Numbered from the stretch's first letter, positions 18,594 through 30,444 are shown. The stretch is 64,000 bases of DNA from Bryobacterales bacterium (GCA_963422375.2 OY729428.2:1376001-1440000), one strand, 5' to 3'. Notes: generated by a model not told the origin, from the letters alone. A program made the numbers and translations.

Positions 18594-20237
18594 CTAGCGC
18601 GTCTCCGGAACGATCCCCGTGCGGCTCGCGTAATCGTCCCACTCGGCAGCGAGTCGCTGGACCACGTCCGGATGCCGTGCCGCCACGTCCGTCGTTTCCG
18701 TGCGGTCGTCCCTGAGGTTGTAGAGCTCCCACTGGATGTCCTTGGGCATCCTCTTGCCCCGTACGGCCTTCCAGTCCCCTTGGATAACCGCTCGCGCGGC
18801 TTGGTGCTCGAAATACAGGGTGCGGGAAGGCAGCCGCCCGCCGTCGAAGGCCGACAGCAGGCTCAGACCTTCCTCGGGTTGGACGGAACGCCCGGCGAAG
18901 TCCGTCGGGTACTCTGCGCCCGCGACCGCCCGCAGGGTCGGCATGACGTCGACGATGTGGCCCCGCTCGCGCACCCAACTGCCCGCGTTGCGGATGCCTT
19001 CCGGCCAGTGCGCGATGAAGGGCGTGGCCGACCCGCCCTCGTGCGTGAAGTGCTTGTACAGACGGAACGGCGTGTTGCCGAGGTTCGCCCAGCCGCTGCC
19101 GTAGGAATGGTACGTGCCCGGGCCGCCCATCTTGCGCAGATCCTCGCCGATGTGCAGGACGGTCACGCCCTGCCGGCTGCGCTGGTCGAAGCCGTACGGC
19201 CCCCACTCGTAGCAGGCCCCGTTGTCGCTTAGGAGCATGATCAGCGTGTTGTCGAAGTCGCCGGTGTCCTTGAGGTGCCCGACGATCCTCCCGAGGCCTC
19301 GGTCGACGTGCTCGACCATGGCCGCGAACAGTGCCATCCTGCGTGCGAGGTCCTTGCGGCGTGGCTCGTTGATCGAGTCCCAGGCCGGATTCGGCTGGCC
19401 CGAGAATCCGTTCGCGATGTCGTCGCGGTCGACAGGTACCAGCGACCGCTGGGTGAGATTCCAACCGCTGCCGGCCACGAGGCCGATTCGCCGCATGCGC
19501 GCGTAACGCTCCTCGCGCAGCACGTCCCATCCGCGCATGTAGGTGCCGAAGTACTTGTCCGCGCTCTCGGCCGGGGCCTGGACCGGGAAGTGGGGCGAAG
19601 AATGCCCGAGGAAGACGAACCAGGGCCGGTCGCGCTGCTGGCCCTGCCGGATGAACTCCAGAGCGTACTCGCTGAACACGTCGGTCGCGTAGAACGCGCC
19701 TGGCGGGGGATCGATCTCCTTGTTACGGCCGGCCGGCATCCGCTGGTAGTACGCGCCGTCCCACTGGTCATGCGAGTGATCGAACGCGTAGCCGTAGAAC
19801 TCCTCGAAGCCGCGCTTGGTCGGGCCGGTCTTGTCGTGCAGGTGCCATTTGCCGACGTAGTAGCAGCTGTACCCGGCGTTTCCCAGCACCTCGCCGAGCG
19901 TGACGCAGCGGTCGTTCAGCCGCCCGAGATAGGCGGGTCCCCGCGTGGCGTGCGGCTCGCGGGTCGTGAAGCTGGCGATGCCGGTCTGCGGCGGGTACAG
20001 GCCGGTCATCAGGGACGCCCGGCTCGGGCAGCAGCGCGACGAATTGTAGAAGGACTCGAACCGCACGCCTCCCTCGGCCAGCGCGTCGATGTTGGGGGTG
20101 TCGATCTCGCCCCCGTAGCAGCCGAGATCCGAGTAGCCGAGATCGTCCAGCAGGACGATGATGACGTTGGGCCGGGTCGCGGAGGCTGCCGGCAGCGATC
20201 CGACCAGTAGCGCGGCGGCGATGGCAAGGCGTCTCAT
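18594..20237 (-). CDS. Arylsulfatase (AtsA-like)
   Basis: PNVIIVLLDDLG, CCPSRASLMTG, GKWHL, PHFPVQAP, SDNGA, HEGG; signal peptide MRRLAIAAALL. Confidence 0.95.
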   Translation of the reverse strand: MRRLAIAAALLVGSLPAASATRPNVIIVLLDDLGYSDLGCYGGEIDTPNIDALAEGGVRFESFYNSSRCCPSRASLMTGLYPPQTGIASFTTREPHATRGPAYLGRLNDRCVTLGEVLGNAGYSCYYVGKWHLHDKTGPTKRGFEEFYGYAFDHSHDQWDGAYYQRMPAGRNKEIDPPPGAFYATDVFSEYALEFIRQGQQRDRPWFVFLGHSSPHFPVQAPAESADKYFGTYMRGWDVLREERYARMRRIGLVAGSGWNLTQRSLVPVDRDDIANGFSGQPNPAWDSINEPRRKDLARRMALFAAMVEHVDRGLGRIVGHLKDTGDFDNTLIMLLSDNGACYEWGPYGFDQRSRQGVTVLHIGEDLRKMGGPGTYHSYGSGWANLGNTPFRLYKHFTHEGGSATPFIAHWPEGIRNAGSWVRERGHIVDVMPTLRAVAGAEYPTDFAGRSVQPEEGLSLLSAFDGGRLPSRTLYFEHQAARAVIQGDWKAVRGKRMPKDIQWELYNLRDDRTETTDVAARHPDVVQRLAAEWDDYASRTGIVPETR

Positions 20238-20386
20238 GGCGAAGGGCGTTCCTGATCCCGGACGGCAGGACCTGCCGCCCAAGCTACGCAGCATCTTACC
20301 CGAGAGGGCCCGGCCCGCCGACGGGTGCGCGAGCGGGGCTCCCGGTGCGGTCCGCGACAGCGGCAGGACAGGTCGTCCCAGCCCGC

Positions 20387-21430
20387 TCAGACCCCCATGC
20401 CGCTGGCCTGCAGCACGGCTCGCTGGACGGCTAGGTCGTGGGAAGGCGTGAAGTGCTCGACCCAGCGCCCCTCGCGAATGGCACCCGCGAGGTCGTCCAG
20501 GTCCGGAAGGTAGCGCGGGGACGGCCCGACCTCGACGCTGTACGTGCCCGTCGAGAACCCGCCATGCGGCTCGCTGAGCGAGAGCCTGACCTTCGGCCGG
20601 TCGGGGTCGTCAATCTGGATCGAGCCCTTCTCGCCGAACACGTAGAAGTAGCGCTCGCCATCCCTCGTGTGACTCTTGACCGTCGCGACCGCGGGCTCGA
20701 ACTCCAACGTGGCCAGCACGTCGTCCTCGAATTGGTCGAGGTGCTGGTTGGTCTTCCGCAGCACCGAGCTGACGCGCGACGGCTCGCCCATCAGCCACAG
20801 CAGCGCGTCGATCATGTGGCAGCAGATTTCGTACATCTGGCCGCCGGGATACCGGTCGAGACGCCGTCGGCCCTCCGGAGTCTGCATGTCGTTCATCTGG
20901 CACACGACCGAGCGCACGGGCCCCAGCCATCCGCCCTCGATGGCGCGCCGCGCCAGGCGAAAGGCCGGGTTGTACCGGTACACGTAGCCGATTTGGACTA
21001 TGACGCCTCGATCCTGCGCCTCCCGGTAAATGCGCCTGAGCAGGCCGAAGTTGACTCCCGGCGGCTTGTCGATCTTAGTGTGCTTGCCCGCGCTGACGCA
21101 GGCCAGCGAGTGCGGCAGCGAGTCGAACGGGTCGGTCTCGACGCAGACCACGCTGATCGCGTTGTCGGCGAGGATCTCTTCCACGGAGGTCCACCGGACA
21201 CCGTCCCATCGCGAATTCGCCTTCGCCCGCTCGAGTAGCCCCGCATCCGGCTCGGCGGCGGCGACGAAGTCGTAATTCCGCGACGCGCGGATCGCTTCCA
21301 TGTGGCCGAGGGCATGGGAATGCGCCGTGCCGATGATGGCCGCTCCGAGGCGCTCCGCCCCCGCGGCCGGCGAGCTGGCGGCGACGCCGCCTAGCGCGAC
21401 GCCGAGGGCCTGTCGACGAGTGACTTGCAT
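20387..21430 (-). CDS. Gfo/Idh/MocA oxidoreductase, Tat signal
   Basis: TRRQALG; IGTAHSHA; GKHTKIDKP; GYVYRYNP; CHMID. Confidence 0.9.
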   Translation of the reverse strand: MQVTRRQALGVALGGVAASSPAAGAERLGAAIIGTAHSHALGHMEAIRASRNYDFVAAAEPDAGLLERAKANSRWDGVRWTSVEEILADNAISVVCVETDPFDSLPHSLACVSAGKHTKIDKPPGVNFGLLRRIYREAQDRGVIVQIGYVYRYNPAFRLARRAIEGGWLGPVRSVVCQMNDMQTPEGRRRLDRYPGGQMYEICCHMIDALLWLMGEPSRVSSVLRKTNQHLDQFEDDVLATLEFEPAVATVKSHTRDGERYFYVFGEKGSIQIDDPDRPKVRLSLSEPHGGFSTGTYSVEVGPSPRYLPDLDDLAGAIREGRWVEHFTPSHDLAVQRAVLQASGMGV

Positions 21431-21675
21431 GCTCAGCCTCCTTCCATGCCGATCGGTACCCGACCGGCAGCAAGTAGGCTAGCCGCCCGTCGCGCCGGAT
21501 GCAAGGCGGCGGGCGAGCGACGGCAACGGCACGCTCTCGCGGGCTCGGGACGACAAGTGCGCCTAGGACCGCTCGCAGCGCGGTCCGATCGCGGGCCTGT
21601 ACTACTCTGGGACTTGCGCTCGCCCTCGCTGAGCGCCCGGCGGGCTCCCCGAGGTCCGAGTTGATTGGAGGATCC

Positions 21676-22446
21676 GTGCGCGTCCCTGTCGTAGCGGGAA
21701 ACTGGAAGATGCACAAGACGGCCCCCGAAGCGGCTGCCTTCGTGAAGGCGCTCGCGCCGGCGGCCGCCGAGGCGACGGACCGCGAGGTCGTCGTCGCCCC
21801 GCCATTCACGGCCTTGCAGGCTGCCGTCGAGGCTGCGGAGGGAACCTCCGTCCACATCAGCGCCCAGAACCTGCACTGGGAGGCACACGGCGCCTATACC
21901 GGCGAGGTGTCCGCAGGGATGCTGGCTGCTATCGGCTGCACCCACGTCATCGTCGGCCATAGCGAGCGCAGGCAGTACTTCGGCGAGACCGACGGCACGG
22001 TGCATCTGAAGATTCTGGCCGCCCTTGAAGCGGGCCTGACACCGATCGTCTGCGTCGGGGAGACGCTGGCCCAGCGCGAGGCCGGCAACACCGAGACGGT
22101 GCTCGCCGAGCAGTTCGCCGGCGGCATGGGCGCTCTGGAGCCCGGCCAGTTCGGCCAGCTGGTCCTCGCCTACGAGCCGGTGTGGGCGATCGGCACCGGG
22201 CGCACCGCCACGCCCGCGACCGCCGAGGCGGCCCACGTCACCCTGCGCTCGCTGTCGGCAGACCGGTTCGGCCGGGATGCAGCGGACAGGCTGCGCATCC
22301 TGTACGGCGGCAGCGTCAAGCCCGCCAATTTCCCCGGACTGCTGGGACGGGACGGGATCGATGGGGGTTTGGTGGGCGGCGCTAGCTTGGACCCCGGGTC
22401 GTTCGCAGCGCTGGTCCGCGCAAGGCCCGAGGCCGAACAGGCATAA
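21676..22446 (+). CDS. tpiA: Triose-phosphate isomerase
   Basis: [54 protein letters not shown] before GTG. Confidence 0.98.
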   Translation: MRVPVVAGNWKMHKTAPEAAAFVKALAPAAAEATDREVVVAPPFTALQAAVEAAEGTSVHISAQNLHWEAHGAYTGEVSAGMLAAIGCTHVIVGHSERRQYFGETDGTVHLKILAALEAGLTPIVCVGETLAQREAGNTETVLAEQFAGGMGALEPGQFGQLVLAYEPVWAIGTGRTATPATAEAAHVTLRSLSADRFGRDAADRLRILYGGSVKPANFPGLLGRDGIDGGLVGGASLDPGSFAALVRARPEAEQA

Positions 22447-22456
22447 TGGAAGAGAG

Positions 22457-22828
22457 ATGGTGATTCTGCTGACGATCCTGCACGTCGCGGTGAGCCTGTT
22501 CCTCATCATCGTCGTCCTCCTGCAAAGCGGCAAGGCTGCGGACCTCGCCGGAGCATTCGGCGGCATGGGTTCGCAGACGGCCTTCGGGCCGCGAGGAGCA
22601 GCGACGGTCCTGTCGAAGGCGACGACGACCGCGGCCGTGCTATTCATGCTGACCTCGATTTCGCTCGGGATTTGGCAGGGGCGCAACATCGTCGGCCAGT
22701 CCGTCATCGAGCGCACGGGCGTCGGCGAGGAGTCTGAGGAGGCCGCCCCGGAATCCTCGGAGGCCGAGGCTCCCGTTGCCCCGGCGAGCGAGGCCCCCGG
22801 GACGGAAGACAGCGACGCCCAGGAATAG
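22457..22828 (+). CDS. secG: Preprotein translocase subunit SecG
   Basis: [33 protein letters not shown]; conserved tpiA-secG-tRNA-Leu order. Confidence 0.96.
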   Translation: MVILLTILHVAVSLFLIIVVLLQSGKAADLAGAFGGMGSQTAFGPRGAATVLSKATTTAAVLFMLTSISLGIWQGRNIVGQSVIERTGVGEESEEAAPESSEAEAPVAPASEAPGTEDSDAQE

Positions 22829-22878
22829 GGTCGGTGTCGCGGCGAGAGTCGCGTGCGCGGGCCGGTTCGGGGCAACTT

Positions 22879-22966
22879 GCGGAGGTGGCGGAATTTGGCA
22901 GACGCGCTAGCTTGAGGTGCTAGTGGGAGCAATCCCTTGGGGGTTCGAGTCCCCCTCTCCGCACCA
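22879..22966 (+). tRNA. tRNA-Leu(GAG)
   Basis: Acceptor GCGGAGG/TCTCCGC + ACCA; anticodon arm CTAGC-TTGAGGT-GCTAG; long variable arm; GGTTCGAGTCC T-loop. Confidence 0.97.
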
Positions 22967-23075
22967 TGCCCGGAAGGCTGTCCGTGCAACGCCGATTCCA
23001 CCCCGTTGCACGGCTACTGGCGGCTGGCGCCGCCCGGCCGGGGCAGTTTCCGGTTACAATCGTTGCCGCCTTGCG

Positions 23076-24311
23076 ATGAAGCCGTCTCAGCCGAGCATCT
23101 CCCGCGCCGGTCGACGGCCGCCCTGCCGATTCGGACCCGACTGCTCGGTCCCCCGAGCTCTGCTCGCGGCGGCGTTCGCAATAGGGTTGGGATCCTGCGA
23201 CCGCGACGCGCCCGCTCCCGCGGGCCCGCTCTTTTCGGACCAGCCGGTCTGGAGCAGCCGCACGTCGGTGTCCGGCGGCGACGGCATCGCCCGCTTCATC
23301 GACCTGGACCGCGACGGGGACCTGGACTTCGTGACGAGCGCCCCCGGACCGCGCCGCTGGGTCGCCTATCTGAACACCGACGGTGCGCTGGCCACGGAGC
23401 CGGTCTGGGAGTCGGCGGAGACGACGGACTGCGATCACGTGGATGTGCTCGACTTCGACGGCGACGGGTGGACGGACCTGGCCGGCACGCACGAGAGCTA
23501 CTGCACGCTCTTTCTGAATCGCGAGGGGGTGTTCGCGGCGACGCCCGACTGGGAGACCGGTCTGATCGCGAACGCCAATCAGATGGACTTCGGGGACTAC
23601 GACCGCGACGGGGACCTCGACATGGTGATGGCGGTGGGCGAGCCCGTCTACGGCGTTGCCCTGTTCGAGAACGGGACCGGCATGCCGTCCCCGCTGGTGA
23701 CCCGCAAGCTCGGGCGGGACGAGTACTCCGAGACCGCGATCTTCGCCGACTACGACCGCGACGGGGACCTCGACATCATCTCGGCCTACCGCGGCGGCGA
23801 CATCGCGGTGTTTCTAAACGCGGACGGGCAATTCGAGGACAGCACGACGGTCTTCGAGGACCGTCGGAACCCGTGGACGCAGCGGCTCTACTGGCGCGAC
23901 CTCGACGGCGACGGACGGGAGGAGATCTTTTGCGCCAAGGGCCCTTGGGGAGGGCAGGTCGGGACCAGTTTGCGGCTCGCGGTCGGCGAGGGGAGCGCCG
24001 GGGCCGAAGTGCTGTGGGCCAGCCCAGAGGACACTGCGTTTCACGGATTCGAGTTCGGCGACGTGGACGGGGACGGCGACCTCGACATGGTTGCCGCCGA
24101 CTATGCCGACGGCGGGGCGCTGCACCTCTACCTAGCTGACCGCGGAACGATCCCTGCCGAGCCTGCTTGGTCGGTCAAGACCACGGGCCCGGCCCACGAG
24201 GCCGTGCTCGGGGACCTCGACGGGGACGGCGATCTCGACCTAGCCGTAGGCTGCCGCGACCAGGCCCATGTGTTCGATAACCTCCTCGCCGGGAGTGCCG
24301 GGAGTTCCTAG
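23076..24311 (+). CDS. FG-GAP/VCBS repeat beta-propeller lipoprotein
   Basis: Seven D-x-D-x-D-G-x-x-D/E motifs; LGSC lipobox-like; TACAAT at 23055 upstream; start uncertain. Confidence 0.85.
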   Translation: MKPSQPSISRAGRRPPCRFGPDCSVPRALLAAAFAIGLGSCDRDAPAPAGPLFSDQPVWSSRTSVSGGDGIARFIDLDRDGDLDFVTSAPGPRRWVAYLNTDGALATEPVWESAETTDCDHVDVLDFDGDGWTDLAGTHESYCTLFLNREGVFAATPDWETGLIANANQMDFGDYDRDGDLDMVMAVGEPVYGVALFENGTGMPSPLVTRKLGRDEYSETAIFADYDRDGDLDIISAYRGGDIAVFLNADGQFEDSTTVFEDRRNPWTQRLYWRDLDGDGREEIFCAKGPWGGQVGTSLRLAVGEGSAGAEVLWASPEDTAFHGFEFGDVDGDGDLDMVAADYADGGALHLYLADRGTIPAEPAWSVKTTGPAHEAVLGDLDGDGDLDLAVGCRDQAHVFDNLLAGSAGSS

Positions 24312-24357
24312 GCGCCTGCGCGAGCTGCCGCGATCATTGTGATCCAAGGGTGTGTCT

Positions 24358-24804
24358 ATGCCGGAGAGGCTGGTGCTGCGCTATTCAAAGCTGCTCGAAA
24401 GTGCTATCGCTCCCGCGTTCGCGCACGGGGACGCCGAGGACGCGGGCATGGATCTCTTCGCGGCGGAAGATTCCGTGCTGGAGCCCATGCGGTGGAGGAG
24501 CGTCCGGACGGGAATCTGCATCGAAATTCCCGATGGCTACGAAGGCCAGGTGCGGCCGCGCAGCGGCCTCGCCCGCGACCACGGGCTGACGCTGCTGAAC
24601 AGCCCCGGCACCATTGACCCCGGATACCGGGGCGAGGTGCGCGTCACGCTGATCAATTTCGGCACCGAGTGCTACCGCGTGGCCAAGGGCGACCGCATCG
24701 CGCAGCTCGTCATCGGCCGCTACGCCGGCGTGGAGTGGACGCTGGCGGAGTCCCTAGCCCGCAGTCGTCGGGGCAACGGCGGTTTCGGATCGACGGGCCG
24801 CTGA
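24358..24804 (+). CDS. dut: dUTP diphosphatase
   Basis: AGMDL, RPRSGLA, GTIDPGYRGE, GDRIAQLV, RGNGGFGSTG. Confidence 0.97.
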   Translation: MPERLVLRYSKLLESAIAPAFAHGDAEDAGMDLFAAEDSVLEPMRWRSVRTGICIEIPDGYEGQVRPRSGLARDHGLTLLNSPGTIDPGYRGEVRVTLINFGTECYRVAKGDRIAQLVIGRYAGVEWTLAESLARSRRGNGGFGSTGR

Positions 24805-24828
24805 GCAGGCCCGCGCCGTGCGGGCGGG

Positions 24829-27297
24829 CTACTGTCGGTACAGGAATTCGTTGAGGTTGAACAGCGTCTGGCAGAGGTCCACCAGCCCGGTGGGCGTGCT
24901 CTCCAGGAATGCCACGGCCCTCGCGCGCTCGCTCTCGTCCGGTCCGCGGGACAGCGCCAGCCGGAAGGCGCGGTCCGCCTGCGCGCCCGCGTCCGGCCCG
25001 GCCTCGAGCGCCACGCGCTGCGCGAAGTGCTTGGCCTGCGTGAGCACCTCGGCGTTGTTCATCAGCAGCAGGGCCTGCGGGGCTACGGTCGAGCGGGTGC
25101 GGCGGCTGCAGGAGGAAACCATGTCTGGCTGGTCGAAGGCCTCGAAGAGCGGGTAGCGAATCGAGCGCTTGGAGAACACGTAGATGCTGCGCCGCCAGCT
25201 GGCCGGATCGCCGATCGCCATGCCCGGCCAGGTCCGGAAGGTGCTGGACTGGAACAGGGTCGGGTCGATGTACGGCCGAACGGCCGGCCCGCCGACCGAG
25301 CGGTCCAGCGTGCCGGCGACGGCCATGATCTGGTCGCGGATGACCTCGACCTCGTGCCGGTTGCGGCTCTGCCGCCAGAAGTACCTGTTCGTGGCGTCCT
25401 TGGCTAGGTTCTCCGGCAGGTCGCGGCTCGCCATGCGATACGCCTCCGACGTGAGCAATAGGCGGTGCATGTGCTTCACCGACCAGCCCGAGCGGACGAA
25501 TTCCGTGGAGAGCCAGTCAAGCAGCTCGGGATGGGACGGCTGCATGCCGGTCTTGCCGAAGTTGCTGGGAGTTCGGACGATGCCCTCGCCGAAGTGGTGC
25601 TGCCAGATGCGGTTGACCATGACGCGGGCCGTCAGGGGGTTGTCCTCGGATGCGATCCATTCGGCAAAGTGCCGCCGTCGCCAGCTGGTGCTGGCTGCCG
25701 CGGGCGGGGGCTGGAAGGCGGGCTCTGCCCGGGCCGCGACGGTGAGAACGCCCGGATCCATCCGCGAGCCCTTGGAGCCGGGGTCGCCGCGGTGCAGGAA
25801 GTAGGACGGCAGCGGGTCCCTGCTGTCTTCCGTCACCGTGCGGGCGGTCGGGTACGGTTTCGGCCGCTGGTCCTCGAGGGCCTTGATGGCGCGCTCGGCC
25901 TCCCGGTAATCCGCCAGCTCGGCCGCTTCCATCCGCTCGACGATGTCCGCAGGGACGATTTGCTTGTATAGCGCGTCGACTTGGCGCGCGTTCAGCCGCT
26001 GCGCCTTGGTGCGCTCGTCGGCCGGCGTCTCCCAGGCTGTCCGGTAGTAGGCCGGAAGGCCGTCAAGGGTGGCTTGGAACAGGAAGTCGCGGTGGGGCTT
26101 CTCGAGTTCTTCCTTGCGCTGCTTGAGCGGCTTCTGCTGTTCGGAAATCGACTTGTTGAGATCCTCGTGCCTGCGCACCTCCGCGTCGGGCACGAGCGGG
26201 TAGTCGATCTCCTTGGTCGAGAAGAACACCGCCTGCATGCGGTAGTAGTCCTTCTGGGGGATGGGGTCGAACTTGTGGTCGTGGCAGCGGGCGCACTGCG
26301 CCGTGACCGCTAGGAAGGCCTGCGCCGTCGTCGCGACGTTGTCGTCGAGTTCGTCCATGCGCGTGCGCTCGTCCTTGATGTTGTTGTCCAGCACCATGCG
26401 CAGGTAGCCCGTGGCGATGTTGGCCTCGTCCGAGTCGGGGGCGATCTCGTCGCCGGCGATCTGCTCCCGAATGAACTGGTCGTAGGGCTTGTCGGCGTTG
26501 AACGCCTCGACGACGTAGTCGCGGTACCGCCACATGGTTGGCCAGTCGAAGTCTCTCTCGTACCCCCCGGAATCGGCGTAATGCACAAGGTCGAGCCAGT
26601 GCCGGCCCCAGCGCTCGCCGTAGTGCGGCGACTCGAGCAGGCTGTCCACCAAGTTGGTCCACGCGTCCGGGGAATCGTCGTTGGCGAACGATTCCACCTC
26701 TTCAGGGGACGGCGGCAGGCCGGTCAGGTCCAGGTACACGCGACGGACTAGCGTGCGCTTGTCGGCGGATCCGCCCTTGGCGAGACCGTGCTCGCGGAGC
26801 TTGGCGTCTATGAAGACATCCACCGGGTGACCGTCGCCGGGCACCGCGGGCCGCTTGGGAGGGACGAACGCCCACCAGGCCCGCTCTTCCTCGGTGATCG
26901 GACGGTCTTCCAGCTTGCGCAGCGCCTTGAGGCGCTCCGCCTCTTCGTCGGTGACCGACGATTCCGGCATCGGAGCGCCTGCCATGATCCATTTCCTCAG
27001 CACCTCGACCTTGGCGTCGGGCAGCTTGCCGCCGGGCGGCATGAAGGGTTTGGTTTCGTGCGTCACCAGCTTCCAGAGCCAGCTGCCGCTGAGGCTGGCG
27101 CCGGTGACGGCCGCCCCTCTCTCGCCGCCGAGGATGATCCTGTCGCGGGTACGCAGGTCGAGACCGGACTGCTGGATAGCCGCCCCGTGGCAAATCTGGC
27201 AGTTCTCCTCGAGGATGGCGTTGGCCTGATCGGCGAGGCCGGACGCCGCCGTGACGGCCGGAACGGCGGCGAGCAGGGCGAGGATTCCGATGTGCAT
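24829..27297 (-). CDS. Planctomycete cytochrome c + DUF1549 + DUF1553 (PSD1) protein
   Basis: [57 protein letters not shown]. Confidence 0.95.
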   Translation of the reverse strand: MHIGILALLAAVPAVTAASGLADQANAILEENCQICHGAAIQQSGLDLRTRDRIILGGERGAAVTGASLSGSWLWKLVTHETKPFMPPGGKLPDAKVEVLRKWIMAGAPMPESSVTDEEAERLKALRKLEDRPITEEERAWWAFVPPKRPAVPGDGHPVDVFIDAKLREHGLAKGGSADKRTLVRRVYLDLTGLPPSPEEVESFANDDSPDAWTNLVDSLLESPHYGERWGRHWLDLVHYADSGGYERDFDWPTMWRYRDYVVEAFNADKPYDQFIREQIAGDEIAPDSDEANIATGYLRMVLDNNIKDERTRMDELDDNVATTAQAFLAVTAQCARCHDHKFDPIPQKDYYRMQAVFFSTKEIDYPLVPDAEVRRHEDLNKSISEQQKPLKQRKEELEKPHRDFLFQATLDGLPAYYRTAWETPADERTKAQRLNARQVDALYKQIVPADIVERMEAAELADYREAERAIKALEDQRPKPYPTARTVTEDSRDPLPSYFLHRGDPGSKGSRMDPGVLTVAARAEPAFQPPPAAASTSWRRRHFAEWIASEDNPLTARVMVNRIWQHHFGEGIVRTPSNFGKTGMQPSHPELLDWLSTEFVRSGWSVKHMHRLLLTSEAYRMASRDLPENLAKDATNRYFWRQSRNRHEVEVIRDQIMAVAGTLDRSVGGPAVRPYIDPTLFQSSTFRTWPGMAIGDPASWRRSIYVFSKRSIRYPLFEAFDQPDMVSSCSRRTRSTVAPQALLLMNNAEVLTQAKHFAQRVALEAGPDAGAQADRAFRLALSRGPDESERARAVAFLESTPTGLVDLCQTLFNLNEFLYRQ

Positions 27298-27434
27298 GTC
27301 TCTGTCCATTCTTACCGCGCTGGCCCGCGCATGCAACCGATTGCGGCTTCCCGCGCCGCGAGAGACCCGGAATCGCGGCGGGGAGGGCTCGGTACAAGGC
27401 GTTCCTATACTAGACTTGGCGGGGACTCGCGGCG

Positions 27435-28586
27435 ATGCGCCGATGCTATTTCGACCACAATGCGACCACACCGGTCGCACCCCGGGTGGTCGAGTGCATG
27501 CTGCCCCACTTCGGGGAAGTCTACGGAAACGCGTCGAGCCTCCATGCTTTCGGGCAGCAGGCTAGGCAGGGGGTCGAGCTCGCGCGCAGGCAGGTCGCGG
27601 AGCAGCTCGGATGCGAGGCCCGCGACATCGTGTTCACCAGCGGCGGCACGGAGGCCGATAATCTGGCGGTCTTCGGGACGGTGCGACGGAGTCGGCGCCG
27701 CTCGCGGCACGTCATCACGACGATGATCGAGCATCCCGCTGTGCTCAACGCCTGCCAGCAACTCGAGCGGGAGGGCGCTGCGGTGACCTATCTCCCGGCC
27801 GGGCCAGACGGGCTCGTGTCGCCCGATGCCGTGCGAGCGGCCCTGCGGGAGGACACGGTTCTCGTGACGGTTATGCATGCCAATAACGAGCTCGGGTCGT
27901 TGCAGCCGATCCGCGAGATCGGCGAGGTAGCCCGGGCGGCCGGCATCCCGCTCCACTCCGATGGCGTCCAGAGTTTCGGCAAGGTCGCCACACGGGTCAA
28001 GGATCTCGGGGTGGACATGTACAGCGTCAGCGGGCACAAGATCTACGGCCCGAAGGGCGTCGGCGCGCTCTACATCCGCAGGGGCCTGCAAGTCGACAAG
28101 GTGCAGTACGGCGGGAGCCACGAGAGCGACCGCCGGCCGGGCACGGAGAACGTGCCCGGCATTGTCGGGCTGGGGGCGGCGGCGGAACTGGCCGGAGCGG
28201 CGAGAAGGGCGGAAGCGGCGCGGGTCGGGGCGTTGCGAGACCGCATGGAGCGGGCGATTCTGGACGGCATCCCGGATGCGCACGTCCACGCGGGCGGCTC
28301 TCCGCGCCTGCCCACGACTTCCAGCATCCGATTTGACGGAGTCGAGTCCGAGCCGCTGCTGATTTCCTTGGACCTGCACGGATTCGCGGTATCGAGCGGG
28401 TCTGCCTGCTCCAGCGGGAAGGTCGAGCCGTCGCACGTGCTGTCGGCCATCGGGCTGAGTCGCATGGAGGCGAAGTCGACTCTGCGCTTCTCGCTGGGAA
28501 AGGGAACGGATGAGGGCCAGGTCGACGCGCTCCTCGAGACGCTGCCGGGCATCGTGGCACGGCTGCGGGCACTCGCGCCCGCCTGA
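27435..28586 (+). CDS. iscS: Cysteine desulfurase (IscS/NifS)
   Basis: DHNATTP, FTSGGTEADN, SGHKIYGPKG, SSGSACSSG, RFSLG. Confidence 0.93.
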   Translation: MRRCYFDHNATTPVAPRVVECMLPHFGEVYGNASSLHAFGQQARQGVELARRQVAEQLGCEARDIVFTSGGTEADNLAVFGTVRRSRRRSRHVITTMIEHPAVLNACQQLEREGAAVTYLPAGPDGLVSPDAVRAALREDTVLVTVMHANNELGSLQPIREIGEVARAAGIPLHSDGVQSFGKVATRVKDLGVDMYSVSGHKIYGPKGVGALYIRRGLQVDKVQYGGSHESDRRPGTENVPGIVGLGAAAELAGAARRAEAARVGALRDRMERAILDGIPDAHVHAGGSPRLPTTSSIRFDGVESEPLLISLDLHGFAVSSGSACSSGKVEPSHVLSAIGLSRMEAKSTLRFSLGKGTDEGQVDALLETLPGIVARLRALAPA

Positions 28587-28792
28587 ATTCCGGGTAGGAC
28601 GGTCCCGCGTCGGCCCGTCGGAACGGTCAGAACTCGGCCGGCACAAATCGGATCTGGCCGGGTGCCGGTTCCTCGGCTTGATCTGGCCGGCTCGCCGAAT
28701 GAGATGTGACCGCACTGAGGTCGTCCAGCGGGTCGGTGCGGGCAACGTGCGGATGGACTACTCTGGGGGTGTACCGAGGAGGCGAAACGATC

Positions 28793-29758
28793 ATGGCGTT
28801 CAAGAGTGCTTGGATATTGGTTGCGATGGCGTTGGCAGTCTCGACGATGGGCGCAGGACCCGGTCCGCCCACGAAGGAACTCAAGTCTCTGGCGTTTGCC
28901 AAGCGGCATCAAGAGGCGCGGGCTCTTTTCGAACGCGTCTGCCCATGCGAGCGCCCGCTCGGCCCGGAATGGCTGGAGGCCATGTCGTGGGTAGGCAGGG
29001 CCGGAGCGATCGGCGAGGACTGGAATCTTGCCGCGGAGTACTCGAGGAGAACCTTGGACGAATGCGAGTGGCTCCTTGAGAGCAGGGCACTCGACGAGGA
29101 CGCGCAGGCGCCATTCCCGATCGCGCTCGGAGCCGCCATCGAGACGATGGGGAAGTTCCATGTCGCGAAGGGCGACCGCGGCCGCGCCGTGGCGTACTTG
29201 CGGGACCAGCTCGAGAAGTACGGCGGAACTTCGATTGAGACGCGGCTCAACAAGAACCTGTTGGTTCTCGATCTGGCGGGCAGGCCGATGCCCGTGCTCG
29301 ACACGGGCGAGTGGCTGGGGGAGGCCCGCTTCGCAGCAGAGGATCTGAGTGGCAAGGTCACGCTGTTCTTTTTCTGGGCGCACTGGTGCGAGGACTGCGA
29401 GGCCCAGAAGCCGGCTGTTGCGGGCCTCGCGCGACGGTACGCGGACCACGGATTCCGGGTCGTAGCCCCGACTCGTCTTTACGGGTACATCCAACGGGGC
29501 CGGGATGCGGCTCCGACGGCGGAGCGAGAGTACATCCGGAGGCAGCACGTCACCAAGGACGAATTCTTGCGAGAGGTGCCCGTGCCGCTAAGCACGAAGA
29601 ACTTTGTCTCGTTTGGCGTCAGTTCCACGCCTACGCTGGTCCTAGTGGATCGGAGCGGCACCGTCCGCCTCTATCACCCGGGCGAGATGGACCCGGCTGA
29701 CTTGGCTCGCAGGATTGAGACGCTCTTGGCTTCAAGCGGACCGACCGGCGGACTCTAA
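28793..29758 (+). CDS. TlpA-family thiol-disulfide oxidoreductase with N-terminal helical domain
   Basis: GKVTLFFFWAHWCEDC, GVSSTPTLVLVDRSG; signal peptide; GAGGAGG RBS. Confidence 0.9.
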   Translation: MAFKSAWILVAMALAVSTMGAGPGPPTKELKSLAFAKRHQEARALFERVCPCERPLGPEWLEAMSWVGRAGAIGEDWNLAAEYSRRTLDECEWLLESRALDEDAQAPFPIALGAAIETMGKFHVAKGDRGRAVAYLRDQLEKYGGTSIETRLNKNLLVLDLAGRPMPVLDTGEWLGEARFAAEDLSGKVTLFFFWAHWCEDCEAQKPAVAGLARRYADHGFRVVAPTRLYGYIQRGRDAAPTAEREYIRRQHVTKDEFLREVPVPLSTKNFVSFGVSSTPTLVLVDRSGTVRLYHPGEMDPADLARRIETLLASSGPTGGL

Positions 29759-30013
29759 TGCTATAGCGACTGATCGCGCAGACCGTGGCTGGTGCGACTT
29801 CGTTGTACCGCGGTGCTTGCCGTGAAGATGCCGCGCTGGAGGGACTGCGGCGTCGCGGCTGCGAGCCAAACAAGCGCTCCCTGCCTGCCGGAAAGCAGCC
29901 TGATTCCTCCGAAAATACCCTGCACCTCTCAATACCAGAGATCCGAGTGCAAACTCCCCTACCCGAGCTGGAGCACAGGACGTCTGCGGCCGAGCCCGGA
30001 TAGTTCATAAGTA

Positions 30014-30268
30014 GTGCCCGTGATAAAACTCGTATCCCCTTGACACCAAAGGCGTTGGGGCCAATCTCTCAAGGCGAAGATTTCGCTGGAATGCTACGAC
30101 TAGTCCGAAATCCTGGCGATTCTGGGTAGAGGGCGGAAATCTTCGCGATTGGCGGCTGAGCAACTTCCGACCTTGGGCGCTATATGTTGTGTTTGCGGCT
30201 CCATTCGACCTCAGGATGTAGTATGAAATGCTGATCGGGCCAGAATTCAGGGGTTTTGTCGCAAGCAC
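30014..30268. mobile_element. 255-bp MITE, copy 2
   Basis: TIR GTGCCCGTGATAAAAC / GTTTTGTCGCAAGCAC; TAAGTA at 30008-30013 and 30269-30274. Confidence 0.9.
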
Positions 30269-30444
30269 TAAGTAGCCGGGAGGCCATAGTCCGGTCCCTT
30301 CGCCCGGGTCGTGAGGGCCTCCGGTCCGGCGCAATCCTCGCTCTTACGAGTGCCCTGCGATCCCCGGCGGCAACCCCGGCTCGGTCCGGAAGAGATCCAA
30401 GTCTATTAACTGCAACTGTTTTCAGCCGGTAGGTGATATTGAAT

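Noticed and set aside
22879..22966. tRNA-Leu as an island integration site
   Set aside because: No integrase and no duplicated tRNA 3' end seen in the window
23300..24250. Recurrent GAC..CGAC.GCGACGG.GAC DNA repeats
   Set aside because: Explained by the encoded FG-GAP protein repeats
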